A stretch of 32,000 bases of DNA from a cyanobacterium endosymbiont of Epithemia turgida isolate EtSB Lake Yunoko (lineage in GTDB: Bacteria > Cyanobacteriota > Cyanobacteriia > Cyanobacteriales > Microcystaceae), in assembly GCF_000829235.1 (NCBI RefSeq), contig NZ_AP012549.1:1380001-1412000 (forward strand). Reading direction: 5' to 3'. The notes under the pieces are model-generated. The model saw nothing but the letters and a program-made list of their open reading frames with translations. It was not told the DNA's origin and did not search any database. How positions within the stretch are numbered: position 1 is the stretch's first letter; every line of letters begins with the position of its first letter. Shown piece after piece: positions 19,639-29,709 of the stretch. The translations under genes and the position numbers were made by a program.

Positions 19639-19991
19639 AAATTTGCTTCAATATTTGATCTTAAAAACTATATTTCGTAGAGTGGATTAGATGAAGGTTA
19701 GATTTTAATGAAAAATCCTAAGTTTTTATTTACGTCGTAATCCCTAGGTAGGATGGAGAATCAATCTGAGTATATCGAAAGAATAAAATACCAGTAATGA
19801 ATTGCACCATATCTTATGGGATTATATCCGTAGAAACCTTATAGGTAAAGTATCTACAGATATGATATACAAGGCAACAAATAAAGAGAGATTAAAATGC
19901 AGATTTGTGTATTGTCAATAACTAGAAGTTTTTAGGGAAAACCCAATAAAATTGTTAATAAAATATTCCCTAAATTCTAGGATAAAAGACT

Positions 19992-21344
19992 TTAACGCAT
20001 GGTCACAAATTCTTCAGCAGAACTTGGATGAATACCCACGGTAGCATCAAAATCAGCCTTTTTAGCTCCCATTTTTACGGCAATAGCTATTCCTTGAATA
20101 ATTTCGGCAGCATGATCTCCTACCATATGTGCGCCCAAAATCTGATCACTTTCTTGATGAACAACAAGTTTCATCAAAGTTTTTTCCTTTGTGTCAGGCA
20201 ATACATAATACATTGGACGAAACTCGCTACTATATACTCTGATAGCATTTTTTCCATATTGTTCTTTAGCTTTTGCTTCAGTTAGTCCTACTGTGGCAGC
20301 TTCTGGAGTACTAAACACGGCAGATGGGACATTTTCATAACTCATCAGACACGATTTACCTCCAAATTTGGTGTCAGCGAAAGCGCGGCCTTCACTAATA
20401 GCGACAGGAGTGAGATTAATACGATCTGTACAGTCTCCGACTGCATATATATTCTGTTCGGCGGTTTGACTATACTTATCGACAACGATTACTCCATTGT
20501 GTACTTTAACCTCTGTATTTTCTAATCCTAAGTTTTCTAAGTTAGGGATACGCCCAGTAGCAGCCAATCCAATGGTATCAGCTAATACCATGTCATTATT
20601 GCTATCTCCTTCCAGAGAAATTGTTAAACCTTGGTTTGTCTTTTTGACTTCAGAGATGGAACAGTTTTTTAGGATGCGAATACCATGTTCTTCCATAGAC
20701 TCTTGGATGATGGTTCGGATATCTTCATCAAACCCTTTCAGTATTTTATCGCTGCGAATAATTTGGATGACATCTGACCCTAGTCCATGCATAATACAGG
20801 CAAATTCTACCCCAATGTAACCCCCTCCCCAAATGACGACGCGTTGGGGTTGTTCGGGTAGTTCAAACATAGCATCAGAGGTCACTAAATATTCTTTTCC
20901 TGGAATATTAGGTTTGATGGGACGTCCCCCTACAGCAATTAAAACTTTATCAGTGGTAACTTTGGTATTTTCCACTTCTACGGTGTGGGGGTCGAGTAAT
21001 TTACCATGGGCACGATACAGTTGAACATTGGACTTATCCAACATCTTTTGATAAATACCATTGAGACGACCAACTTCCTTATCGATAGCGGCCATCATTT
21101 TAGGCCAGTCGAGGATACTTTTAGCCGGACTCCATCCATATCCTTGGGACTCTTCCAAGACTCTAGGGAAATGAGAAGTATAAACCATTAATTTTTTGGG
21201 AATACATCCTCTATTAACACAGGTTCCCCCTAGACGATTAAATTCTGCTAAACCGACTCGAGCTCCATATTCGGCAGCGCGTCTAGCAGTGGCAATTCCT
21301 CCTGAACCACCACCAATAACGAATAAATCAAAATTAAAACTCAT
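19992..21344 (-). CDS. gor: Glutathione-disulfide reductase
   Basis: 450-aa ORF with FAD-binding GGGSGG, the redox-active GGTCVNRGCIPKK, NADPH-binding GGGYIGVEFA, and the C-terminal HPSSAEEFVTMR typical of GR rather than lipoamide dehydrogenase. Confidence 0.9.
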   Translation of the reverse strand: MSFNFDLFVIGGGSGGIATARRAAEYGARVGLAEFNRLGGTCVNRGCIPKKLMVYTSHFPRVLEESQGYGWSPAKSILDWPKMMAAIDKEVGRLNGIYQKMLDKSNVQLYRAHGKLLDPHTVEVENTKVTTDKVLIAVGGRPIKPNIPGKEYLVTSDAMFELPEQPQRVVIWGGGYIGVEFACIMHGLGSDVIQIIRSDKILKGFDEDIRTIIQESMEEHGIRILKNCSISEVKKTNQGLTISLEGDSNNDMVLADTIGLAATGRIPNLENLGLENTEVKVHNGVIVVDKYSQTAEQNIYAVGDCTDRINLTPVAISEGRAFADTKFGGKSCLMSYENVPSAVFSTPEAATVGLTEAKAKEQYGKNAIRVYSSEFRPMYYVLPDTKEKTLMKLVVHQESDQILGAHMVGDHAAEIIQGIAIAVKMGAKKADFDATVGIHPSSAEEFVTMR

Positions 21345-21592
21345 ATTTTTACTAAATCTCCTAAATTTTAGGTTTAAACTTTGATCTTGTACTTTTTAGC
21401 CCTATCTTTTATCTTAAGATAATTGGTTATTTAAACACAATGAATGATTACCTCTCATTACATATTAAACCTTATTTATAAGTTTCTCTAACTCCTGGAA
21501 ATATGGTTACTTTTTTATCTGATTTAAACTCTGCAACAAATAATAACTATACTTCCTAAGTATACCTTGTTCTCAGATAGCTAAAATCAATA

Positions 21593-21634
21593 ATTTTCTG
21601 AGGTTTAATCTATCGAATAAACCTCAGAAAATTT
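21593..21634. repeat. Perfect hairpin: 16-bp arms with a 10-nt loop
   Basis: aattttctgaggttta (21593..21608) and taaacctcagaaaatt (21619..21634). Confidence 0.9.
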
Positions 21635-21825
21635 ACACTATTTAAACAAAAATAAACTTAGGTGATTATCGTGAACAATTTTTATACAAACTTTGGACCA
21701 TGGAGAGAGTTTATATGGGTTATAAACGTAAGAATATTTTAATTTTTTGTTCTATATTAAAATACCAATAATAACAATAGTTTTATTGAAATTTAGTTGA
21801 TAATTTTGTTTTAAAATTTAAATTT

Positions 21826-21887
21826 ATATTAAACTTAGAACTTCCTTCTTTTAAAATTTTAAAAGAAGGAAGTTCTAAGTTTAATAT
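21826..21887. repeat. Perfect 62-bp palindrome: 31-bp arms, no spacer
   Basis: atattaaacttagaacttccttcttttaaaa | ttttaaaagaaggaagttctaagtttaatat, with the centre between 21856 and 21857. Checked base by base. The first mismatch is at 21825/21888. Confidence 0.95.
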
Positions 21888-22305
21888 TTGATAATCATAA
21901 AATCAATTTAATTTAAACCCAGCAAAAGTTTAATTAAAATACTTTATAGGTTAATAATTTAATCCTTAATGAGAATATATATTTTCTAATATCAACAAAA
22001 TTATAGTTATTTAACTTATAATTAGCCTTTTAAATAACAGCTAAATAATAGTAGATTAACCATAAAAAAACAACGTTATAAACAAATATTTTTTCTTGAA
22101 TTAAAGTACAATAATATTTTACTTGAACTGTTTTACTCATTAAATATAATTGACATATTAACTTAATAATTGTTACTATTAATATTTATTTTTTAATTAT
22201 ATTTATAACCAAACCTATAAATGATAACTGCAATATAATCTAAAAAATATAGTTGAATTAATCACAGAGACTAATAATGTCTATTCCAAAATCATTTCAA
22301 TTTAC

Positions 22306-22352
22306 TTTTAAAGCTTATATTCCTAAATAATTTAGGAATATAAGCTTTAAAA
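22306..22352. repeat. Perfect palindrome: 23-bp arms around a single central base
   Basis: ttttaaagcttatattcctaaat, centre a (22329), atttaggaatataagctttaaaa. Checked base by base. Confidence 0.95.
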
Positions 22353-22907
22353 ACTACTATAATCTGATTAATACTTAATCCTTATTCTTGTTAAGAAGAC
22401 GATGATTGATGGTGGGTTATTCCGTCATAATTTAGTTACTAGAGAAATATTGGTTACCGTTTTAAAGTTAATACCTAAGACATTAAAAATAGAAACTTAT
22501 CGTTAATTTTTAGCTTTAGGGATGGTCAATAGAACTCTTAAAAAGAGTTTTTAAAATATAGTCATTTAAGTTATTTTTTAAAGTAAAATAAAGGCAATAT
22601 CTAGTATTTCTACATTTTCAGGCTATCTAATTATTTCTAGTTATTCCCCTTTAACCATTTAGCTATTAGCTTTAATATAAACCCCTCAGAAGCTACTGTG
22701 CAAGAAACTAGAAAAGAAGTTTATGAGAGTACTTTTTGAATTAGTCAAATTATTTAAAGATGTTAATCTACAGAATGTATGATATCACACTTTAAGATTT
22801 TGTACTGCACAAAAAACATAAAATTACTACATTAGGAGCAGTTTAAATTATCTAATAAAAGAATAAGTTTTAATGAACAAGAGCTAATAATTCATTAGTA
22901 ACTTTAA

Positions 22908-23522
22908 TTATTTCATAGCTGCTAATAAAGCAATAAGAGCATTATTTTCGTAGGAATTAATTTCTTGATCCAACCAAGCAATCCTTACCGCAAGGGGAAA
23001 GACACTCGCCGCTACATCGGGGTCAAGTTTTTTCAATAATTCTGATGATTGAGGAACCTTCAAAGCAGATTTGATACTAATCAAAATAGATTGATCTAAC
23101 TTAAGGGGGGAAAGCTGAGTTTCTACCTCATGCCAGTCAATCTTACCCTTGGGAATTCCTACTTGGATTAAATAAGCCAGTAATCTAGACAGTTGCAATT
23201 GTTGTCCATCATTCATGTGGCTATAATTACCATCAGTAGGGCTACTAATTTTAGAGTGTGATCGCCCAATCTGCATTTCTGATGATCGCAGATTTTTAAG
23301 AATTTGTTGCCAGTCTTTAGCATCACATAAATCAGGTTTAGCTACTGTCAGACAAACATGAATGCGTTCAGCATGAGGAGAAAGTTGAGTCACCCTCGCC
23401 CGAACCCCAAGGTAACTTAACCAACGAGTAATGGTGTCAACTAGAGTCGCTTGGGTAGCTTGAGAATTTGCTAACAAACGGATTTGGGTTTGAACTAGGG
23501 GGCGAACAATTTGGGAGAGCAT
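22908..23522 (-). CDS. Hypothetical protein; the C-terminal half has a TerB/DjlA-N-like helical flavour (uncertain)
   Basis: 204-aa ORF with normal amino-acid composition in an otherwise ORF-free AT-rich neighbourhood. I recognised no diagnostic motif. Confidence 0.55.
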   Translation of the reverse strand: MLSQIVRPLVQTQIRLLANSQATQATLVDTITRWLSYLGVRARVTQLSPHAERIHVCLTVAKPDLCDAKDWQQILKNLRSSEMQIGRSHSKISSPTDGNYSHMNDGQQLQLSRLLAYLIQVGIPKGKIDWHEVETQLSPLKLDQSILISIKSALKVPQSSELLKKLDPDVAASVFPLAVRIAWLDQEINSYENNALIALLAAMK

Positions 23523-24291
23523 GATAACTACTAAGATGCTTTAATTTCTCTTCTTTCCGTAATATAGATCAATTGTCAAGTTTAATGTTGTCACAAGGAT
23601 AGCGAAACCAATTTCGAAAAAAAGTGCAAATCATAGTTTTAATGTGGGCTATTTGGTTGATAAAGAAATTCTTTAGAATCAGTAGGGAACTATTAGGTAA
23701 TTACTTCTATCCTAAGCTTTATTTAGCCTCGGTACCGAGTTTTTACTTACACAGCAGATTTGTTCTGACTTTTTTGTATGGTTGATTAGTGTAATCAATT
23801 CCCAAATGTTCTTAATATCTCTTAGTATTTCACTATTTCTGAACAAAAAATAAAGGATATTCAGGTTGTTTACTCAAACTTTTTTTATAAGAAGGGCGAT
23901 AGTTCTTAAAGTTAGTAAAACTAAAACTAGAATTTCACCTATTCTTTTAGCTTTTTATTTCAGAGTTTTTGCTTTTTTTACCTATATTTACCCTTAATTA
24001 TTTGAAACGACATAACTACCTATCCTAGTAAGATTACCAGTTATGTGTCAATCAATCAAGTTTTACTTGAAAAGTACCATTGATTTGAGGTTAATAATCA
24101 AAAGAATTTTAGATATAACCTAAATTATCCCACAATACACGGTGTAATTACTATTGCCAACCAACAACTCTATCCCATTAAAGAATTAGTTAATAAGCCT
24201 CAAATCAACAGAGTTCCCATGTTTTCTCTTTTTTGAAAATTTAAACTCAAGTAAACTAACTGTTTATTTAAGATCAACAAATCGCTTTCGT

Positions 24292-24308
24292 CTAGGGTAA
24301 AAACCCTA
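24292..24308. repeat. 17-nt mini-hairpin motif ctagggtaaaaacccta, copy 1
   Basis: Exact 17-mer shared with 28036..28052. It folds as TAGGG / taaaaa / CCCTA. Confidence 0.8.
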
Positions 24309-24414
24309 CACTACAAAAGTCGAGAGTTAAAAACAGTCCCTAGTTAGTCTATCCTGTTATCCTGAAAAGGACAAGGTTTGTTAAAATCTACGAAAATTAT
24401 TTTTTCCAACTTTT

Positions 24415-25239
24415 ATGGAATGTATCATTAGCCGCCGCGCTCAATTTTCGGCGAGCCATCGGTATTGGCTACCCGAATTCGATGAAAGGGAAAATCAACG
24501 ACTATTTGGAGCTTGTACATGGTTTCCTGGTCACGGACACAACTATGTCCTTTACGTTTCCTTAATCGGAGAAGTCGATCAGTATGGCATGGTCGAAAAC
24601 CTTTCCACTGTCAAGCGAGTTATAAAAAAAGAAGTTACTGGTCAACTCGATTATAGTTATCTCAACGACGTTTGGGAAGAATTCCAACACACCTTACCCA
24701 CCACCGAAAACCTAGCAAGGGTAATTTGGCAAAGGTTAGCGCCCCATTTATCTCTTGCTAATATCCAATTATTTGAATATCCCCAATTATGGGCACAATA
24801 CGAAGGAAATGCCATGAAAGCTAGTTTAACCATTTCTACCCATTTTAGTGCGGCACATCGCTTAGCTCTTCCCGAATTAAGCTTAGAAGAAAACACCAAA
24901 ATTTATGGAAAATGCGCCCGTCCCCACGGGCACGGACACAATTATCATCTCGAAGTTTCTGTTACTGGACAGATAGATCCACGTACAGGAATATTAGTAA
25001 ATTTAGTCGCCTTACAAGAAGTGGTCAATAACTACGTAGTTGAACCGTTTGACCATAACTTTCTTAACAAAGATGTTTCTTACTTTGCTCAAGTCGTTCC
25101 TACCGCCGAAAATATTACTCTTCATATTGCTCAATTACTGCGAAAACCTATTGGAGAACTTGGTGTAGACCTTGATAAAGTTAAATTAATCGAGAGTCCC
25201 AACAACTCCTGTGAGATTCATTGTCGTCAGTCTACTTAA
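24415..25239 (+). CDS. Tandem-domain 6-pyruvoyl-tetrahydropterin synthase / QueD-fold (T-fold) protein
   Basis: 274-aa ORF with two PTPS-like halves. Each carries the His/Cys/HGH zinc and catalytic pattern: FSASHRYW...GACTWFPGHGHNY and FSAAHRLA...GKCARPHGHGHNY. Confidence 0.8.
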   Translation: MECIISRRAQFSASHRYWLPEFDERENQRLFGACTWFPGHGHNYVLYVSLIGEVDQYGMVENLSTVKRVIKKEVTGQLDYSYLNDVWEEFQHTLPTTENLARVIWQRLAPHLSLANIQLFEYPQLWAQYEGNAMKASLTISTHFSAAHRLALPELSLEENTKIYGKCARPHGHGHNYHLEVSVTGQIDPRTGILVNLVALQEVVNNYVVEPFDHNFLNKDVSYFAQVVPTAENITLHIAQLLRKPIGELGVDLDKVKLIESPNNSCEIHCRQST

Positions 25240-25506
25240 CTCTTTCAGGGATTAACTCATCAAGAATCTGTCTTAGCAACAACTAATTAGGGGATTAAAA
25301 TTGAAATAAGTTTATCTCAAGCTACTAAGAATTGATTTAAGATTCAAACTTGAAGATTACAACAGAAAGTTGACAGTTGTTTTGAGGAAATGATCTAGCC
25401 ATGAGTGTGTCTGGTAATATGGGCAAACGCTAGGCGGTATACTAAATGATACGACTGTCTTGTCGCCTGCAAAAATCTCCAATCTTAGATTAAGGATAGA
25501 TGTACG

Positions 25507-25959
25507 ATGGAATTCCAAGCTCAAGAAAAAACGATCCCTCAAGACTTAGATACCGACCCTCAAGGCTTAGATGCCGACCCTCAAGGCTTAGATACTGAAG
25601 TTCCAGGGACATTGACCAAGCAACTGTCCATGATTGATCAACCTTGGCAAGAGTGGTTAGAACCTGTAGTTTATCTTCTTTCTAATGCCTCTGATTACAT
25701 TGGAGAATGGTTCAACACCTACAAACAATTGCTGACGACTCTAGGCATTTTCCTTTTTGCTATCATCAGCGTTAAGATTATCGTGGCAGTTCTCGGAGCA
25801 ATTAGTGATGTTCCTCTTTTGGCCCCTGTCTTACAACTTGTAGGACTAACTCATACTGCTTGGTTTGCGTGGCGTTATCTTTGGAAGGCATCTAACCGCC
25901 AAGAGTTAGTGGCTGAATTTGATGCCCTAAGAAATCAAATTTTTGGAGAAAACGCTTAA
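25507..25959 (+). CDS. curT: CAAD-domain thylakoid-curvature protein (CurT / CURT1-like)
   Basis: 150-aa ORF. The C-terminal two-helix segment LLTTLGIFLFAIISVKIIVAVLGAISDVPLLAPVLQLVGLTHTAWFAWRYLWKASNRQEL matches my recollection of the CAAD/CurT signature (IPLLAP...WF..RYL....NRQEL). Confidence 0.75.
   Translation: MEFQAQEKTIPQDLDTDPQGLDADPQGLDTEVPGTLTKQLSMIDQPWQEWLEPVVYLLSNASDYIGEWFNTYKQLLTTLGIFLFAIISVKIIVAVLGAISDVPLLAPVLQLVGLTHTAWFAWRYLWKASNRQELVAEFDALRNQIFGENA
25537..25599 (+). repeat. In-frame imperfect 21-bp x 3 repeat encoding PQDLDTD-PQGLDAD-PQGLDTE
   Basis: The units are 25537..25557, 25558..25578 and 25579..25599. Adjacent units differ at 2 to 3 positions. All are codon-aligned with the curT-like CDS. 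Confidence 0.9.
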
Positions 25960-26189
25960 ATCAACTTTTTGGTCGACCCAAATCCCTCCGTACTGTGATA
26001 GTCGGAGGATTTTTGATCTATATACCATTAATCTTCTTGTATACAAACATAAAGGAATCTATTAAGGTTTAACAATTATGCCATTGTTCAACAAAACATC
26101 GGCAAGGATTTTATGATATATTCAGAACCAAAGGTGAACGTGAAAGTTTTCCCAAGGTTAGCTAGCAGATTTTAGGAGACTTATAATTT

Positions 26190-26789
26190 ATGACCACAGA
26201 AGGACGCCTGCAGGTCGGTCACCCTGCGCCAGACTTCACCGCCACAGCCGTTATCGATCAAGAATTTCAGACCAAAAGACTATCTAGCTATCGTGGCAAA
26301 TATGTCGTACTATTGTTCTATCCCTTAGACTTTACCTTTGTTTGTCCCACTGAGATCATAGCATTTAACGATCACTATGACGAATTTGCCAAACTTAACA
26401 CAGAAGTTTTGGGGGTATCAGTAGATAGTGAATTCTCTCACCTAGCTTGGATTCAAACTGACCGTAAAGAAGGAGGAATTGGTGATATTAATTATCCCCT
26501 GATTTCTGATATCAAGAAGGAGATTAGCACTGCTTATAATGTCTTAGATCCAGAAGCAGGAGTTGCTCTACGAGGACTATTCATCGTTGATAAAGAAGGA
26601 ATTGTTCAACATTCCACTATTAATAATCTTTCCTTCGGCCGTAGTGTTGAAGAAACCTTGCGGACTCTTAAGGCCATTAAGCATGTTCAAACCCACCCCG
26701 ATGAAGTTTGTCCTGTGGATTGGAAAGAAGGAGACAGAACTATGATCCCTGATCCTGTGAAAGCGAAAGTATACTTTTCAACTGTTTAG
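26190..26789 (+). CDS. Typical 2-Cys peroxiredoxin
   Basis: 199-aa ORF with the peroxidatic Cys in [14 protein letters not shown] and the resolving Cys in EVCPVDW. Confidence 0.95.
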   Translation: MTTEGRLQVGHPAPDFTATAVIDQEFQTKRLSSYRGKYVVLLFYPLDFTFVCPTEIIAFNDHYDEFAKLNTEVLGVSVDSEFSHLAWIQTDRKEGGIGDINYPLISDIKKEISTAYNVLDPEAGVALRGLFIVDKEGIVQHSTINNLSFGRSVEETLRTLKAIKHVQTHPDEVCPVDWKEGDRTMIPDPVKAKVYFSTV

Positions 26790-28035
26790 TTTCTCTTTAC
26801 CTAAATTAAACAAAATCCATGAGCCTCCACTAATTAAAAATCGGGAGTCAGGCTCTGCCTGTAGTCAAGGATGTTTTAGTTTTGACAGTTAATCTTAAGG
26901 TGATTAATTGTAATTAGGGATAATATTCACTTCTACGGATTTAGATTCCTCATATAAACGTTTTTGGCTTTTCTCTATTAAGGCGCACAAAGTTGACAGC
27001 TAGGTAAAATAAGACCTTTAACTTTTTTTATTATAACTTTATTACAGTTAAGCTAGAAAAGTAACAATTTATTCTCGGTTTATGCTGCCAATTTTTTACT
27101 TTTAGTTAGCATTGACCCTAAGTGCATTTTACAAAAATAACTCCTAACAACTCTTTGAAATCTCTAATTTTTAACGATAACAGCTCTTATTCTTAATTTT
27201 TATACTAATATTCACTAATAAATAATATTTTCTTTTTTATTATTTTTATAATAAAAGCTCTTAGCTAAAATTATAAACAGTTTATGGAGCGCGGAATGGG
27301 AGACTAATTAATGATTACTAGTACCAATCAACAACAAAGCCAAATTGTAGTTAGGGAGAGTTTAGTATTAAAATCGAGACATTACAACTATTAAGTATTT
27401 GGATATATACACGAGGTAAATTCTAAGTATACTTTTTCTGGCAAAACTTATCTGGAATCAAAAGGGAAAAATATAATATAAACATTTATTTGCTTTTCTC
27501 AAGCTCAACATGAGTGTTGACAAGGCACAAAAATTTTCTAATTTGGGGTGATTCAAGAAAAATTTTAATTCTAGTCTAGTCTGGGAGTTATCCTCCAATT
27601 TTCTGTTACGAATGAACTTAGTATAGGTATCTGCTTCAATATCTAAAAGGATTTCTTATTATTTTTCTATAGCGAACTATTCAATTAAAAGGTATTCCCG
27701 CCAGATTTTTTTAATGTCTTCTTTGAAATCTTGTAATTGTTATTTAATTATTTTCTTTTTAGAATAATAAAAATTTTGTTATCAAATAGTAATATTTTTT
27801 GTTTTATAGGATAGCATGAAACTATTATTAGCGCTTTTTAATTATTCATTAAATTATTAATCTTAAAAACACAAAAGTAAATAAAACTACTCCAAATATG
27901 GCATCAATATTTTTGATATTTTAGGTAAAAAAATAGATATGCTTAATTACGACATAATGGAATATACGCTTATAAAATAACTTAAATAAATTAGTTTTTT
28001 TCTTTACTTTTAAAGGTGTTTTTCGTTGAAATTGG

Positions 28036-28052
28036 CTAGGGTAAAAACCCTA
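28036..28052. repeat. 17-nt mini-hairpin motif ctagggtaaaaacccta, copy 2
   Basis: Exact copy of 24292..24308. A looser relative, tagggaaaaccca, lies at 19933..19945. Confidence 0.8.
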
Positions 28053-29051
28053 AATTTTTCCAGTATATGGGAGTAATTTTAATAATGAGGTTTTAATTAA
28101 AACTATATTATTATCTTACCCATTAAATAAAAAGTGATTACAAGGGTTTATGATTATTCGGGAGTTAAATTTTATAAAATAATTCTAAATACCACAACAA
28201 TTAATCCAATTAATCTAATTATTCTGTCATTAAATGGGTGCCATAGGTAGAAAATAAAGTTAGAGATTGTTATTCTGAGAGAACATCAAATTATTTAGTA
28301 AGACACTACATACTAAAAATATACTAAAGAATTAAATTTAATCTCGATTTCCGTAAAAAAACAGAAACTTATAAGGGAGAGAAAAATATTCGTTTTCAAT
28401 AGACACCTAAGTAATAATAAAAAAAGGGATGACCACTACCCTATTAAATAATACTTTTTACTAACTTTTAAGTCTCGAAACAGATGCCAAAAACTAAACT
28501 CTACTAATAAAGTAATTATAAGAGATCAAGTAATAAATTTAATAAAAGTTAAGGAGAGCTAGTCATCGAAATGATAATTATATTACAACTACAATACAAA
28601 GAACAAGAAGAAAATAATTGATTGTGAACTTAAGTTAACGAAATATTTCAAGCTACTTCAAAGTAAAAGAGGTGAGAGAGAAATTTCCAGGATCGCCTCT
28701 ACGGAAAACCTGACTGAATGGGCATCTATAAAAACTAAAGTTAATCCAACAATGATAAAACTAAGGAAAGAATACATGAAGATTCGACGAATCCAAGAAA
28801 TAATACAAGAGATAGTCGCCGTACTAAGAGAAGTATATAAGACTATTAAGAACTTCTTAGGATTAGTTTTTATTATTACATCAACTGTAGATTATAAACC
28901 TATTATCTTATTTCCAATTGCTGAATATATGAGATTGCTTTAGGTTAATAATTATTCCAATGACTAAATGAATCAAGAGTTAAGTAATCTTTTTATAAGC
29001 TAGTTTAAAATAGTTAGGTAAGTCAATGCTACAACTACTGATAACGTACTA

Positions 29052-29666
29052 TTGAGGGTAATTCAATCAATGTCTTCTCTTGTTGAAATGTCAATATCTG
29101 TAACCAGTTGGGCAGAATCTCCTGTAACTAAAGTTCCTACTTCAGAAGAACTTAAACGGATCAACATCCATTTAGACTTAATATTGCTGGGCTTAGAAGC
29201 TTTAACTAATCTTCATGGCGATAGTCTAATTGAAGTAGCTACTGAATTAAGCTTACAGACAACTATGATTCAAAGTTGGCTCCCATGGGTACAAAGACAA
29301 TCTCTAACGTCGTACGAGAGCCAAAAATCAAAACTATTAAAAGTAGAAGAGGTACGCTCGCTAATCGTTATTATTTGCTATTTATGCCAACAAAATCAAG
29401 AAATCATCCGCCGCGCTGTCATTCTTTTGGAACAGATTACAGCTCAAAATAAAGATCCTTTGGGACTTGCCTTACTTAGCAATTACTTTAACAAGTTTAA
29501 TCGCCTCTATCACTCAAATGTATCTAAAAATAAACGTCTTGAATATCCCCAGTTATCAAAATTAGCTTTTAAACTCTTAGTAGATTTACTCTTTTACAGT
29601 ACTACTAATGGTCATCACCGTCTTTGGTTAGCTATGTTAGATTATACCCGTTATAACGCCCTTTAA
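29052..29666 (+). CDS. Conserved cyanobacterial hypothetical protein (possibly DUF3038 family)
   Basis: 204-aa ORF, helical and soluble-looking. It ends 43 nt upstream of the next co-oriented ORF. The family name comes from memory of this gene pair in cyanobacteria and was not verified. Confidence 0.55.
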   Translation: MRVIQSMSSLVEMSISVTSWAESPVTKVPTSEELKRINIHLDLILLGLEALTNLHGDSLIEVATELSLQTTMIQSWLPWVQRQSLTSYESQKSKLLKVEEVRSLIVIICYLCQQNQEIIRRAVILLEQITAQNKDPLGLALLSNYFNKFNRLYHSNVSKNKRLEYPQLSKLAFKLLVDLLFYSTTNGHHRLWLAMLDYTRYNAL

Positions 29667-29709
29667 ATTATCAACTGCTCTCTCTCAATCCTAAATTTAA
29701 AGCCTATTT

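Noticed and set aside
20028-21384. Six plus-strand track ORFs of 61 to 107 aa (20028..20285, 20497..20820, 20833..21024, 21006..21191, 21196..21384)
   Set aside because: All are antisense to glutathione reductase, which has unambiguous motifs on the minus strand.
24080-24208. An 11-bp inverted repeat (ttgatttgagg / cctcaaatcaa) separated by about 107 bp
   Set aside because: It is short and AT-rich and the flanks do not extend the pairing, so it is compatible with chance.
24657-24899. Track ORF of 80 aa on the minus strand
   Set aside because: It is antisense inside the tandem PTPS-fold gene.
25357-25542. Track ORF of 61 aa on the minus strand
   Set aside because: It overlaps the curT-like start region in antisense, and I recognised no motif or RBS.
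26563-26745. Track ORF of 60 aa on the plus strand
   Set aside because: It is an out-of-frame overlap inside the peroxiredoxin gene.
28752-28943. Track ORF of 63 aa on the plus strand in the 26.8..29.0 kb desert
   Set aside because: Its Ile/Lys/Arg-rich composition is what AT-rich DNA produces by chance. It has no RBS and no recognisable family, so it may be a chance ORF.
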